Assembly: GCF_002571385.2 (NCBI RefSeq)
Contig: NW_019218332.1
Location: 22,129 to 86,128 of the forward strand
DNA: 64,000 nt
DNA from: Stylophora pistillata
Taxonomy: Eukaryota
Direction: 5' to 3'
In this document: positions 51,101-63,829 of the stretch, piece after piece
Numbering within the stretch: position 1 is the first letter of the stretch
Layout: every line of letters starts with the position of its first letter
Notes under the pieces: generated by a model
The model's database searches: none
Seen by the model: the letters and a program-made list of their open reading frames with translations, nothing else
What the model was told of the DNA's origin: nothing
Translations under genes and position numbers: made by a program

Positions 51101-52237
51101 GGAGGAACTTAGACATTAAAGAGAGGATCTGGAAGTAGAGAAGGGTCGAGCAAGGCTTCCTTAAACTCATCAGTTATAGATTATTTTTATTATTTTTATA
51201 GTAAATTTTTCTTATTTTTTTGCGTTGAACTTTTGAAGATTTTGCATTTCCTTTGTCAAGAGACTTAAAATTACTGTTATCATTGTTATCACTATAATCA
51301 TTTTTATTATCATTATTATTATCATCTTTATTATTATCGAAAAGCTCGAGAAGTAAACGTATACGAGGTGTGTTTTTCTTAGCTTCTGATAGGCATTTTA
51401 ATTTTTTTTTCGATTTTTAGGGTTTTTATCAAACTTTTGTAAATATTTTTGGTGATTTTAAATAAAGTGGAGTATAGATTATTATTATTATTATTATTAT
51501 CATTATTAATTTCTAACGCTGGCGTCTCGAGCTCAAGCGCTTCATCAGAGAGAAAGCCCAAATGAATCGCTCAGCCTCCCTCTTTAAAGTTTAATGGAAA
51601 CGCAACTGTGTGTCAATTAATATCTTACCTTAAAGTAAATGACACCCATGACAGCAATAGGAATTACACCTGCCACTACAATCCATCCAAAACTATAAAT
51701 CTTTGGTAGTATAGGGTGAGGCCATTTTTCTGCGCACAACTTAATTTCATCGTTGTATGTGACTGAAAGGTATAAGGGAAGGCCCCATAATACTGCTATA
51801 ATCCAAATGATCACAGTGGTCGCTCGCAAGCTTCTCCCTTTGCCCACCCGTTTTCTAAAGGGTTGAAAAGTGGCATTAAAAACTTCAATAGCGATGGCAA
51901 CCAGGCTGTAAATTGACGCAACTGCAGCAGTCCATGCAGAGGTTCCCCCAGTGATGAATCTACAAAGATACTCCCCTGCTTGTCCCTCTGGATGGGTGAA
52001 CGTTGGACCAATCACAAACTTGATCCCCATAAAGATGGCAACCAAGATATCAGCTATCGCCAAGTTGATCAATACGTAGTTCATAGCTGTCTTCATGTTT
52101 TTGTTCTTGAGGATCACTAAGATGACTAAAGTGTTGCCAAGAAGGTCTGTCATAATCATGAAGGAAAAGGCCACAGCGAATCCAATGTATTCTGAGGATA
52201 GATCCTCTGGGTCTTCTGTGTGCAAAAGTGACTTCAT
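48112..52237 (-). CDS. Class A GPCR, neuropeptide-receptor-like, two exons, 317 aa, non-canonical EVF at the DRY position
   Basis: Exon 52237-51629 (TM1-TM5; donor AAG|GTAAGA) and exon 48456-48112 (acceptor ttccag|GTAACACGT; VTRRLWF...CWVP...NSSINPVVY). The spliced frame is open. Confidence 0.9.
48505..48675. repeat. Degenerate (CAGT)n simple repeat near the intron acceptor
   Basis: Runs of cagt/cagc/cagtc. Confidence 0.8.
48770..49026 (-). mobile_element. 3' remnant of a second RLE-type non-LTR retrotransposon
   Basis: [22 protein letters not shown] resembles the C-terminal segment of RLE endonucleases. It is followed by short TTTGTAACCACATT repeats and cut by a gap. Confidence 0.5.
49184..51510 (+). 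mobile_element. Decayed non-LTR retrotransposon, CRE-like clade (RT + zinc knuckle + restriction-like endonuclease), antisense in GPCR intron
   Basis: Motifs RPIGVGE, D..NAFNS, GTTQGDP, WLADD, CVCG..DHAMIC, RHN, RLDV, FFDIRV and HE.EKKRK. In-frame stops at 49695 and 50869, frameshift near 50770, AT/(ATT)n-rich 3' tail. The 5' end is in a gap. Confidence 0.85.
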
Positions 52238-52626
52238 TCAATAATACTCCGTCTAAATGCGTCAAATACTTTAACACTAAGAATATGATATGATTATTCA
52301 TATTATATCGTATTATGAAATAAGTCATTGCCTGCGATTCGGCCCTCATTATTAGCTAAGAAAGATTTGAGACGAGACGAGTTGAGGTTTACTCCCTTCC
52401 AGCTCTCTCGCAGGCAAGCGTTGCTCAAGGCCTCACGATCATATTTTACTGCAGGCGAGCAAACGCTCGCGCCGAAGAATTTATAATGAGCTCGAGGGTC
52501 TGCGCAGTTAAGATTACATTCGATCACTACCATATATGGATTTTGAGACTAGTTAGTCTCAACGGATCACGTTCAACCGTGCACGCGTGCCTCTGCATTC
52601 GCGTGTGTGCCTGTATGCACCCTCAC

Positions 52627-52789
52627 ATACACCGAATGCAAATATGGCGACCAATTTTAGTTGCCATTGTTTTGGACTTACTAACCTCTCACACGTAATA
52701 ATCCTTTTGTGTTTTCCACGTGAAGATGAGGCTAGTAAGTCCAGAACAATGGCAATTCAAATTGGACGCCATATTTGCATTCGGTGTAT
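52627..52789. mobile_element. MITE with ~65-bp TIRs upstream of the two-exon GPCR
   Basis: ATACACCGAATGCAAATATGGCG...CGCCATATTTGCATTCGGTGTAT. Confidence 0.8.
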
Positions 52790-55700
52790 ACACATTGCCT
52801 TTTGGCCAGTTTGAAATTGATCTCCTTTTATGAATTTTTTATTTTGATTGCCAACAACAAAAAGCAAACTTTACAATACGTATCTCACGAATAGATAGAA
52901 TGTTAAACCTAAGCCTTAATCAGAGAGAGAAATAGAGAGCGTCAAACATTATCCCACAAATAGAGGTGTACGGCATTCAGAAACGACTCTTATCTTACTT
53001 TATTTTTATACTCATTCTCCAATCCATATACAGAGCAACAAGGAAGTTTTCTTCCCACTAATATTTGAAGGAAGCGTAAATATAATTACTTTTTTGTCTA
53101 GAATTAGTTAAGAACTGACGGTAAAGTTCAATCATTGCCATTTTCTGTCGTCATTTCTTGCACTTTGTTGGTCATTATTTCTCAAGTGAAATTAATTCAA
53201 TGTAGAAAGAGTACACATCAATTACATAAACATCAATAAAAGAGATCAGATCCATTTTGAGCAAGCTGTCAAGTGGAACGTGGGTGAGGCGATTTATATA
53301 AACATGCTGCACTCAGACATGTCTAATTTTCTGTTTCCGTTTTCCCAAGGCCTTAATTTTCAAGACACCTCTCAAATGAAGAAACATTTCTTATGCATTT
53401 GCAATTTGAAATCGTCTTGAACTTTGTGTTCAAGTTTATAGGATATCTTTCAAATTTCAACCATATCATGTTCTTTTTATGGACTGTACAGAGCTGAAAG
53501 TCCGTTGCATCCATGCAGTGAAAATATGGATGACGAAATAATAAAAAGAAACTCAACGAGAATTTTTTCCAAAATCAGAAGATGCAATGTTTGGCCTATG
53601 ATAACTAACATCTGTTATGTTTTGAGAGAAAAAAATTGATCATGGTTCGCCTTTTTTTCTTCTTCTTCAATTTGAAGAGCTTTGCAACAATCTAATTCAA
53701 AAATGAAAAAGTACAGTTAGTATGATATAAGATTAAAGGTTAAAGAGGGATTTTCTTTCAGTGAAATCATCAAGATATAAGAAATCCCTTCAAACTTATC
53801 TAGTACCGTTTTGAAAGGTCGTGGGGGCGTATCATCTGTCTGATAATTAATCTTTCCTGAATTGCATTTGGAAAAAATTTTAAGCTTAAAATCTATTTGG
53901 GACACTGATATCACAAAGCTTACCAGGAAAATGGAATTTATTAAAATGTGTAAAATTTTAAAGTTTTTTTACTCAATGGCGAGCCCTATTTTATGCATTG
54001 GGTAGAGCGGAACCACAGACCGAAGGTACATTTTTGCACGAGAAAAGAAAAATTCTCATTGTTTGTTCTTTTTCATACATGATTCACCTCAGTTGCCATC
54101 GTACATGTGGATAGCCTGGCTGTCCTCAGTCTCCAGTGACATATCACATAAAAAATTTTAAAAATGGCAAAAAAGAATGGAGGTACCGAAAATGAATAAT
54201 TGTGTCTAAAAGGCGCAAGATAAAAGCGTGTGAAAGGTCATTAATGAATGATGTCCTTGGAGAGTGTACGTAAGCTTAATTAAGACTCTGAGATCACATT
54301 TAGGAAAGTTTCAAAATTGCGCTGCATTTTATACTCCGTAAAGTTAGGGAAAATTTAGCACGTTTTAACAAATGAAATATGTCAGCAAAATATAAAATTA
54401 TTCACCTTTGAGACGGACCATCAAAGAGGAAACAAATTGACCACTGAACAAAAAAGAAATTTAAAATCTAAAGGCTTTTCTTTTCTTTTAGCGCGGGATG
54501 TCAATAGCAATCTGTCCGATTTTTATTACTACGTTTAGAAATATGTTGACGTTTTCCTCTTTGAGTTCGACTGTGATCGAAACAACCTATGTTAAGCAAA
54601 AAAAAAATAATAAGATATTTCGTTTGAGTAAAAAGAGGAATAAAACATCAAGTTGAATCCTTCTTCAGCCAACCATGTTTTTCAAAATAAGTGTCATCTC
54701 GATCACTAGGTACGCCATTTAGAGTCAAACAACGCCATACTCAAGGACAGGTGTGAAATGGCACCTAAAACAGAGCTTTAGGGCCTCAGGCTAGGAAAGG
54801 ATTTGGAATAAAGTTTGAATTAAGCTTAATACCTACCGTAGTTGCTTTCTTGACTTAGAGAAGAGGGGCACATAAATTTCATTTTTTCTTTTAAATTCGA
54901 AATATTTTAATCTCGAGGAGAGAGTAACTAAAATGTTGCTTAGTTTTTGATGTTTTCATACAACAGGCTATTAATAAACAGAGGTTATTAAACTCAACTA
55001 ACCTGCTGAGGTTGTTTCATTCCGTTCCATTGTTAGACGCTTTCACCACCAACCCAAACTCACATTGAACTGAAACCGTGTAGCTTATAATTTTTTAAGT
55101 TCTACAGGCCACTGAAAACGCGACGCCGTAATACCAGAAACCTTCCAATTTGCGTAAGCTCGTTAAAAAAAAAGCAATCTGTTTGTTGCTTTTCAATCAA
55201 ATATTTTCCGTACTAAATAGCCTTAACCGTCACTGAAACGTAGATATTCTTACGACTTTTGATTGCTAATGTCAAGATTGATATCCTTTTTAATTTGGGC
55301 CTGAAGTCCTCTAAAAAAAAACACCGACTAAAATTCAAATATTTCTTCCCTCGTGCTCTAAATGTATTTTTGAATTAAAAGACATTACGCGTCCATGAAT
55401 AGCCATCAGCTAAAGTATATTATGCATGCAAATATGAAACTAAAGATTTGATTTGTTACCAACAAATTTCATCTCTTGTTTAAAAGAACCGTGACACAGC
55501 TCGGAATTTAATTACCATAAAAAGACACATGATATCCTTTACGTGTGTACCTGACATCATGATGTAAAAGTCTCTCATTGACTCGCATTAAAATCGTTTT
55601 GAAAGCGTCGGATGAAAAATGAATTTTTCAGGTTAAATGCGAGTAGTTTGCTTTTATAAAGAGCGGTTTTGACAAACTCAAAAAGGGCATGGGGATACGA

Positions 55701-57389
55701 TCTCGTTATGATCCAATGAAATATAAAATATACCATTACGAACGTTTCGTGCGAACGTAAAAGTTCAATGATCTACAACAATGATAGGAGGTCGACAGGG
55801 GGGCGCGGAGAGTAATGAGTTTTAGAGATATAGAAATAAAAAATTACCATGATTGCAGCTGCCATCGAAAGAAAATATTTCAATCACTTCGACGTTCTCG
55901 AAATTTCTCAATACGTGCTCAGCTAATAAAAATAGAATGGAGTGTTTCAGCATTCGGCAAAGAAACCAATCAAATATTCTATGTTGTTTCCTCTTTTACT
56001 CATTCAATCTCTATGTGTTCTTGTCAAAATAATTTAAGAAGGAATGGTTAAAACCTAACTAAAACCACATTGTTAAGAACTAGGAATGGTTAAAACTAGG
56101 AATGGTTTAAACCTAACTAAGACTATAATGTTAAGAACTAGGAAAACTCTCTTACCCTCTGTTTGAGAGCCATGTTAACGATTCAGATTGCTTAAGCTTT
56201 TGCCGTGTCTCTCTTTAGTCACAGATGATATTAAGATAAATTTTAACCATTCTCTAACACTTTTTTGGTTGATCGTCTTCCTTGTTTCACCATCCTTCTA
56301 CGACTCAACTACACTTAAAAAACTCACTAAAATCAATTAGAGAATGCTGTTCATTTTTTACGAAGGTAAAAGGTAACCAAGCAGCTATTCCTTGTCCATC
56401 GTCCATCGAGTCACACTTAGCTAAAGAATCACGTTGAGTTAGCCAAACAGATCTTGCATTTTAAGAGATTTCCTTCGAAATATCAACTCATTACAAAGTG
56501 AATTTCTATGTACCTAAATTTCATGCAGTCCCAGTCAAGATTTGGCGCAACAAGACCAAGATCAGGAATACAAAAATTGTAAGGAGCTTACTGACTAAAT
56601 TTAAATTACACTTAATGGCAGATTTACCAGGAAATCGGCATTTAAAGACTTTTATTTAACAGTGTGGTTGGAGAAGAAAGGGCATACCCAGTGTGACCCT
56701 CTTTTCCATAAATCAGCGAGCTGCGTGATCATCAGACATTTTACCCAATTATAAATTCAGTGCAGAAAACGAAAAGTAGAAATTGTTTGCAAGTGCAATT
56801 TCTAGGAAGATTCTGTACAGAAATGAACCTGAACAAAGCTGCAGTTACTTTATCCACAATTAAAAAGGTTAACATTATTTCAGGAAGTGTTATCGTGGAG
56901 CATAGCTCACCGACAGTGCCAGTTACCGCTAAAAAGAAGTTTTTTGATCAAAATTGATAGCAGCTTATTGTAACCATAGTTAACTATGTTGTAACTGTCT
57001 TTCAAAGTTAAGTAGGCTATTTTATTATATTAGGCGAGGATATCTGTTCATCTGAGTTGTAAAATAAGGATCGTAACTGGAATACTAAATGTACAACTTA
57101 TTTCGTTTTTTGCCTTATGACCTGGGATATGTATATTGTTTCCATTTATTATCCCAACACCAAAATAAGCTAGAATGACGTACATAGAAAATTGCTGCTC
57201 GACACCAACTTCGTCCTTCAACTAACAACAGTAGAAACTCTGGCACGCCATTCATTGGTAAAACCATTGTAAAATTTAACAAATTAGATTGCTTTTTGTC
57301 GTGTCTCTAAATCGTCAAAATAAACCATAGATTTTTTATTGAAAATTGCTTCGGCAACAACCAATCGCAAAGCACGTGGAGTATTTACG

Positions 57390-58760
57390 CTAAGAAATTA
57401 AATTCGATTTGCTCAATTGGGATAAGCTAACTGTGTTATCAAAAACCATTTCGAAGTCTTTCACTATTTCTGTGCTCTTTAAGCTGTACGAGGAAATTTT
57501 GAAAGGAATCTTGGCGTTACAGAATATTCTGAAAGAAAACAAACTCCCAAATTCTTTGCGAAACTCCTTGTTTACCAAAAAGTATATCCATGGCCTATAC
57601 ACGAGTTCGACAAAGCCAAAACTAAAGCGTAGTCGCTTACTGAACTCCGAAAGAGACGTCACTTCAAATAAACTGAGAAGATAGTTTAGTTGATCTGGAA
57701 GCCAACACAGTGCTAAGAAGAGTGCTGTCAAAACACACATGTGTAGAAGTCTAGTTTTTGTCTGAATACCGCTGGCTGTATTCCTTGCGGGTGATTTTCT
57801 CACGCTTATCCAAATATGAAGGAAGGAAAGCCATGTTAGACAACTTGGAATAACAAATGCAACATAGACGAATGATATTATCGCTGCTTTCAAGCTGATC
57901 AACCCAAAGTCTCCTCTGCCCAACGACATCTATCTTCGCTTGGGATTCTCCGAGACAGACGGTACAATTGTAAGGCAGAAATTGAAATGCAAATTGTAAC
58001 GACATAATACGCCAGGCGTTTACTAGAGTACTGTAGAGCTAAGATTAACAGACGAGAACCATCGCTCAATTTGCCAGGCACATCACCATTAGAACGGAAG
58101 CTTTGCCCATGGTGAAGATAAGGAACTTTGTATCAATCAGATGATAGAGTAAGCCTAATCCAGTCACACGCGTGGGGTATAAAAATTTATTTACCGGTAT
58201 GATAAAACGCGGTGTAACTACAACATTAGCAACTTGGGAGAAAAAAAGACTGTGAATAAAAAGCTATATACAGTATTGAAATTCTAGTTAACTGTGACTA
58301 GAACATTACAAATGTGCATTTTAGAAAACAAAAACAACAACAGCAGCAAATGAAAGCAACAACAAAAGCAACTTAGTATCATTCACATAAATATATGACA
58401 AGTGGTAAATGGTTGACATAAAAGAAAGTGTTGCAGCTGCCGGATGTCAAATTACCAATCAAAGAGATCAAATGGCAGTAAAAAAAAGAAAGGTTGCATG
58501 TTTATTACTTGGTGATTAAAAGATTGGATACCAATATTCAACAAGCAGTAGTACATACTTCAGTATAATAGTCGATTTTTTTCCCTAAATTCCTACCTGT
58601 AACCATATCCGTCACTGCTAAGACGAGTAGAAGAAGGTTGTGAGCCTTTTTCAAAAAGCGTCGCTTTCTCAACAGAACCACATAGAAAACAAAGTTACCA
58701 AAAAATGAAAGAAAAGCGATTAATCCATACAGCTTGCAGAGCTACTCCAGAAACGTTTTG
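57390..58760 (-). pseudogene. Frameshifted class A GPCR pseudogene (two exons, different subfamily)
   Basis: Exon ending at 58597 reads YGLIAFLSFFGNFVFYVVLLRKRRFLKKAHNLLLLVLAVTDMVT. Exon from 58232 reads VVVTPRFII...FTMGKASVLMVMCLA/(frameshift)IERWFS, with further frameshifts or stops near 58040 and 57900, then CWLPDQ and a degenerate YRPWIY in place of NPxxY. Confidence 0.82.
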
Positions 58761-61440
58761 TGCGAGTCTTTTCTGTCGCGAAAAGAGAGGGCGTCACATA
58801 GAGAAAAGTCGTCGACAGATTTTTCATTTTATAACTACAGCCTTGCTAAGGTAGGTAAGAGGGCATTGTTCTCGAACATTCCAGCTTGACTTGACTTGAC
58901 AACCAATAAACTTCAAATGAATCTGTACAGCTTGTAATTATGTGCTATTGTACAAACAAAACAAAACAAACTGACAGAAAGGTGTAATTGAATAAATCAA
59001 ACATTCCCGTTCGGTTTCCAAAGGCTGGTAAGTAGGTTTTCGAACCCCATAGCTGTGGTTGGTCCACTGTATCGTGTTTTGCTTGGTGTTCAATTTAACC
59101 TGTCATTATTTCATTATTTAATCCCTTTGACTATGTTTCTATCATGATGTTAGTTTACACAAATTAAAATAAACATGCCACAATGTCAATGTATCTTTTT
59201 CTCTCTTTTTATTTTTGTTTTTTTTTTAAGTTTGCTTTTTTGTTTTTCCTTTTCTCCCATTTAACTTCTCTGTATTTGTCCTCTGGGAATACTTATTTAC
59301 CACTCTTGCTGTAAAAATTATAAACATGAGGGCCTGTAAGCTAAATTTACGAAAACGAAAAAGTGCTGAAATTAGTTTACGGCGACGAACCAAAACCTTC
59401 ACTGTTTATCTTCGCTCATTATTATGAAGGGAATTCGCAGCTCTGGTTAAACACAGCCTGTTTAACTCGAATTACGTACACAGTTCATAAACTCAGTTGG
59501 TTTTAAGCCCTTATTTACTGAATAAAAATAAAAGGCAAAGTTGACGCAAACTGTAATCCTACAAGGAACATTCAGACACAGAAAAAAACTTGCTTTGTCC
59601 TTTCTTAACGCTATCGAACGGATAAACCACTATCCAGCGTATAGGTGATAGCAAAACATATGAGGAGAGCGTTTTATTGCGTTTAAATTCGTGCGATCAA
59701 CTTCTTCGTGAGTAGGCCAATTCTTAAAAAACAAAGTATGAATAAAAATGTTTAAGGGTGACAATTCACGATATATAATGCTCTGATTTCATGATATAGC
59801 CTTTGTTGGAGGTTTCAAGCCGGAAATTGACGAAAAGCTTATTATGAAAATCAGTTATAAGAGGAGGTATTGGTAACAATCATGATTGCCTTTTAAAAAC
59901 CGAAATGAATGTTTCCATTGAGCCTCCAATGGATGAACCTTACCTAATATTTGTTTGATAATATCCTGTAGTCATATGACAGTTTCCTTCTCCAAAACTA
60001 AGATTTAAAATGCAATTTTGCTCAAAAATTGTTTTCTCGCGCGAGAGTTTGATTTTGTACGATGTCATCATTAATTTGACTAAAAACATATCTTTGTTCT
60101 TCAATATTTTTCCTTTGTGTTATCTTCAAAAGCAACGTCGACTTGAGAGCGTCTGTTTTATAGATTTTTTATTTCAAATTATCATTTTATCTGCAAGCCT
60201 TTGATTTTTAGAAAGCAACCTGCCTATATTAGATCATTCTTCCTCTGAACCTAGTTTGTTTTTACAGCAATGATTTTCAGATATGTCTTTTTATGGTAAT
60301 GACTTCATTCTTTCATGTAATCGTAATCGTATCTTTACATCGATTTTTTCTCTCGAGATTCTTGAGTTCGATCGGAAGCAAGATATTTTGATTTTTGAAC
60401 AAGTTACCTAAAAAACTAGTTAATTATCTTACTGTGTGGTAACTTTTGGGAATACAAAGTGAGCCATTTTTTATCGTGGACAGGATATTTTTGTAGAATG
60501 GCTTTTTCTTTTCTGTTTTATTCAGTGAACGGTAGAAATCAAAAAGAGCAAGATTATGGCGTGTGAAAGGTGACGCATTGAAAACTCATGCAAGCTATCT
60601 GAGACAGTTGATAAGGTTTTTTTTTTTCTTTTCTTTCCTCTTCTTCTTTTCAAGTTTCATCTCCTATAGGTGACGTGCTTCCTAATTTTTCTTCAGTGTC
60701 CATTTCCCATGGTCTATCCACAGATTTCTTATGAATCTTTCTTCAACAATTCTCCAACACTCATGGGTAGACAACCATGCAAAACTATCATTTGATAGTT
60801 GTACCTTGGGGGTAAGAAGAGGAATTCATATCTTTTATATCGAGATTGATCTATGAATGACAGGAAAGAATCAAAATTTATAAAAGCTAAGTGTAAAGCA
60901 AATTTCTGGTGACCACAATGGAAAGATATTAACCGTTTGCCGTTAATTGGCCAAGCAGCCGCGAAAGCCATCATCTCTTTAATTAGACTCTCTTTTAAAT
61001 CGCCATTGTCGAAGAAAAACTAAAGACTCCTTGAATCATGTGGAGTAATACGAAATAAGAGGCAAAGTCTTTACGTCCGCCTTTACGACTTCACGTCTTC
61101 ACGTCTTCACGTCTTTACGTCTTAATGTCTTTACGTAGAAATCACAACAGTTTGTTTGTGTTTTATTCTATTTTTCCTCTTTATTTCCTTAGGGTTGTCA
61201 TGGGTGACGATGCACTTAACTTCAAAGTACGAAGTACCCTTCGCGTGCGGTTTGTTAATGTCCATTCTTGTAAAGTGAACCGGAAAAATTGAAAGCAATA
61301 TTGTTTCAGCATAAATTACCCAAAGCCATTTTCCTTCTGGGCAGCTGCAAGAATAATACATGTATACACAAAAGGTACACGGTATATATATTCCCAGTCA
61401 GTGAGCAGGAAGGGACTGATGAGTTCAGCATCACTTTATA

Positions 61441-62448
61441 ATGATGAACATATCAAACCAAGGTGACAACAAGAGCTTTGAAGAAGCAACGCGTTGCTGC
61501 AGGCATTTAGACGTATTTTTCAGCAAAGCCGATGACGATGTCATTCTGTTGTCGGACACAATCGTCTGTGTGATTAATTCTGTATTTAGTGTAATCGCTG
61601 TGTTTGCCAACATACTCATCTTGTACGCCCTGTACAAAGCCTCGTCACTACATCTTCCGTCTAAAGCATTGCTGTGCAGTCTCGCTCTGTCTGATCTGGG
61701 AGTCGGCGCCATAGTACAGCCATTATTTGTAGTCTACAGATGGGCGCAGATCAAAGGTATTCTTCACGAATATTGCACTGAAGGAATTTTCGCTCATATC
61801 GAAGGAAGTTACTTCTCGGCTGTTTCATCTCTTACCATGACAGCTATCAGTATCGACCGACTTCTTTCGTTAGTCCTTCGTGTCCAATATCAATCCATTG
61901 TCACTCTGAGAAGAGTTCTTTTCCTACTAGCTTTAATTTGGATCACTGGGGGTGTATGGTCGTCAACTTGGACCAGAAAACAGGATATGTACTCGCTTGT
62001 AGGCATCATATATATTCCAGTCTTTTTTTCCGTAACGTTTTGCGCTTACTTAAAAATCTATTTGTGCCTTCGCAAGCAAGCCTGTAGGATGGGAAGGCAC
62101 GTGAACCCACTGAGATGCATTAGAAAAACGCATGGCATGAACTTCGCTCGCTACAAGAAGTCCGTTGTGAGCATGTTTTATCTATTTTGCGCATCCGTGG
62201 TCTCTTTTCTGCCATATCTATGTCACAAACTTGCTGTAGCCATTTCTGGATGGAATACTTCAACTTCGGTTTTATTTAGCTTTGCTCTGACCATGGTTTA
62301 CCTGAACAGTTCTGCGAATCCTTTGATATACTGCTGGCGAATTTCAGAACTGAAACAAATTGTACTCAATGTTCTCTGTCGTAATCGTTCAGCAGTGAAA
62401 CAAGTCAAGTTCGTAACTTCTAAGGAACAAGTAAAAATTTTGTCCTAG
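61441..62448 (+). CDS. Intronless class A GPCR, 335 aa (melanocortin/adenosine-receptor-like cnidarian expansion type)
   Basis: Single ORF with seven hydrophobic segments: AN (TM1), SLALSDLGVG..VQP, AISIDRLL, SFLPY, YLNSSANPLIYCWR. Confidence 0.93.
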   Translation: MMNISNQGDNKSFEEATRCCRHLDVFFSKADDDVILLSDTIVCVINSVFSVIAVFANILILYALYKASSLHLPSKALLCSLALSDLGVGAIVQPLFVVYRWAQIKGILHEYCTEGIFAHIEGSYFSAVSSLTMTAISIDRLLSLVLRVQYQSIVTLRRVLFLLALIWITGGVWSSTWTRKQDMYSLVGIIYIPVFFSVTFCAYLKIYLCLRKQACRMGRHVNPLRCIRKTHGMNFARYKKSVVSMFYLFCASVVSFLPYLCHKLAVAISGWNTSTSVLFSFALTMVYLNSSANPLIYCWRISELKQIVLNVLCRNRSAVKQVKFVTSKEQVKILS

Positions 62449-62817
62449 AATGATGACTCTGAAGATATAAGTTTCTAAACTTGAAGGTAATTCTGGGATA
62501 AAAGACATAAGATTGTTCATATTACTTGACGGAAGTGATTGTAAGAATCCGGTGCCACAGCTAATTAAGCTGTGCAATTCTTAGATTTACAGTCACGGTT
62601 TTTCAAGGAGAGTATTAACTTCTAAGGAACAAGTAAAAATTTTGTCCTAGAATGATGACTCTGAAGATATAAGTTTCTAAACTTGAAGGTAATTCTGGGA
62701 TAAAAGACATAAGATTGTTCATATTACTTGACGGAAGTGATTGTAAGAATCCGGTGCCACAGCTAATTAAGCTGTGCAATTCTTGGATTTACAGTCACGG
62801 TTTTTTAAGGAGAGTAT
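62414..62817. repeat. 202-bp tandem duplication spanning the GPCR stop codon and 3'UTR
   Basis: 62414-62615 is repeated at 62616-62817 with about 2 substitutions. Confidence 0.95.
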
Positions 62818-63829
62818 TTGTCACCTACTTTATGTTTGCTTCTCTCTAAACAAAAACGTTAGTACTAGAGAATTGTAACCAATTTTAGCTTTCAATACTG
62901 CAGAATCGCTGCTACTGAACTTTGACTGTACTGTATGATAGCCCCAGTTCATGTTTATTCCAAAAGCTGCATAGTCATTACCCTGAATTCCAAAAGATTA
63001 GACACCCTGTTACCGTAAAGTTGAAAAAATTCAACCCGCTGAAAAGATTCAGTAAACGTTAATTACATAATTTCTCAATTTATTTTCAGGGCTAAACTGA
63101 ACTCTAATAAATCAGCTTAAAGAAGCCTACAGAGGCTCTCATCTGTTATTTCAGCGTCATTATTGAACTTTGTGTACGGAAGGCTAAAAAAGAACTTAGC
63201 GGCCGGAAATATTAGCCTTCCAGATTTGTTTACTCTTTGATGTATTTCCGGTTGACCATAAACGTATGTGAAAGCCGACAGTTACGTAATGATTCAGGAT
63301 TTTGGAATGTTTTCCACCATCGTTCTCGGTGTACTTTATCGCTCTGTGTGGCTTCCTTGTTTATGATCACCGGGCTCGCGTAGCTAGCGATCCTATGGTG
63401 TTCAAAGAAAATAAAGGACGCAAAACCAAGAGCTTGTTTTTTGCTTGTAGCCCGCGGCTAACGAAAACGGGTTGCGGAACTTCAGGTAGATTTTTCCAAT
63501 CGTTGCTTCTCAGGCGTTCGCTGCTTCGCTGCTTTAACGCTTAAAACCGCACTTAAACCTTCCATGCTTACAAGTATGGCAGGCGTACAAAGTTTGTTTT
63601 GAGAATGAACGAAGATGAATTTTTACGGAGCTAACGCTTACTGATGTCGATTGTGGTTAGTTATCAATAACACAACCCGCCAATATTTTAGAAAACAAAA
63701 ACAATAAAAAAATATCATAAACAATCCATTGATATAACTATAATCAAACAGAGCAGAACCAATATTTTATATTAAGCCGACGAATAACAATGCGTCAGCA
63801 CATACGAACTTACTATCTATGCATGCATT

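Noticed and set aside
56041-56145. Short imperfect tandem repeats (also 6692-6748, 34773-34830, 61070-61135)
   Set aside because: Ordinary local slippage repeats with no further structure.
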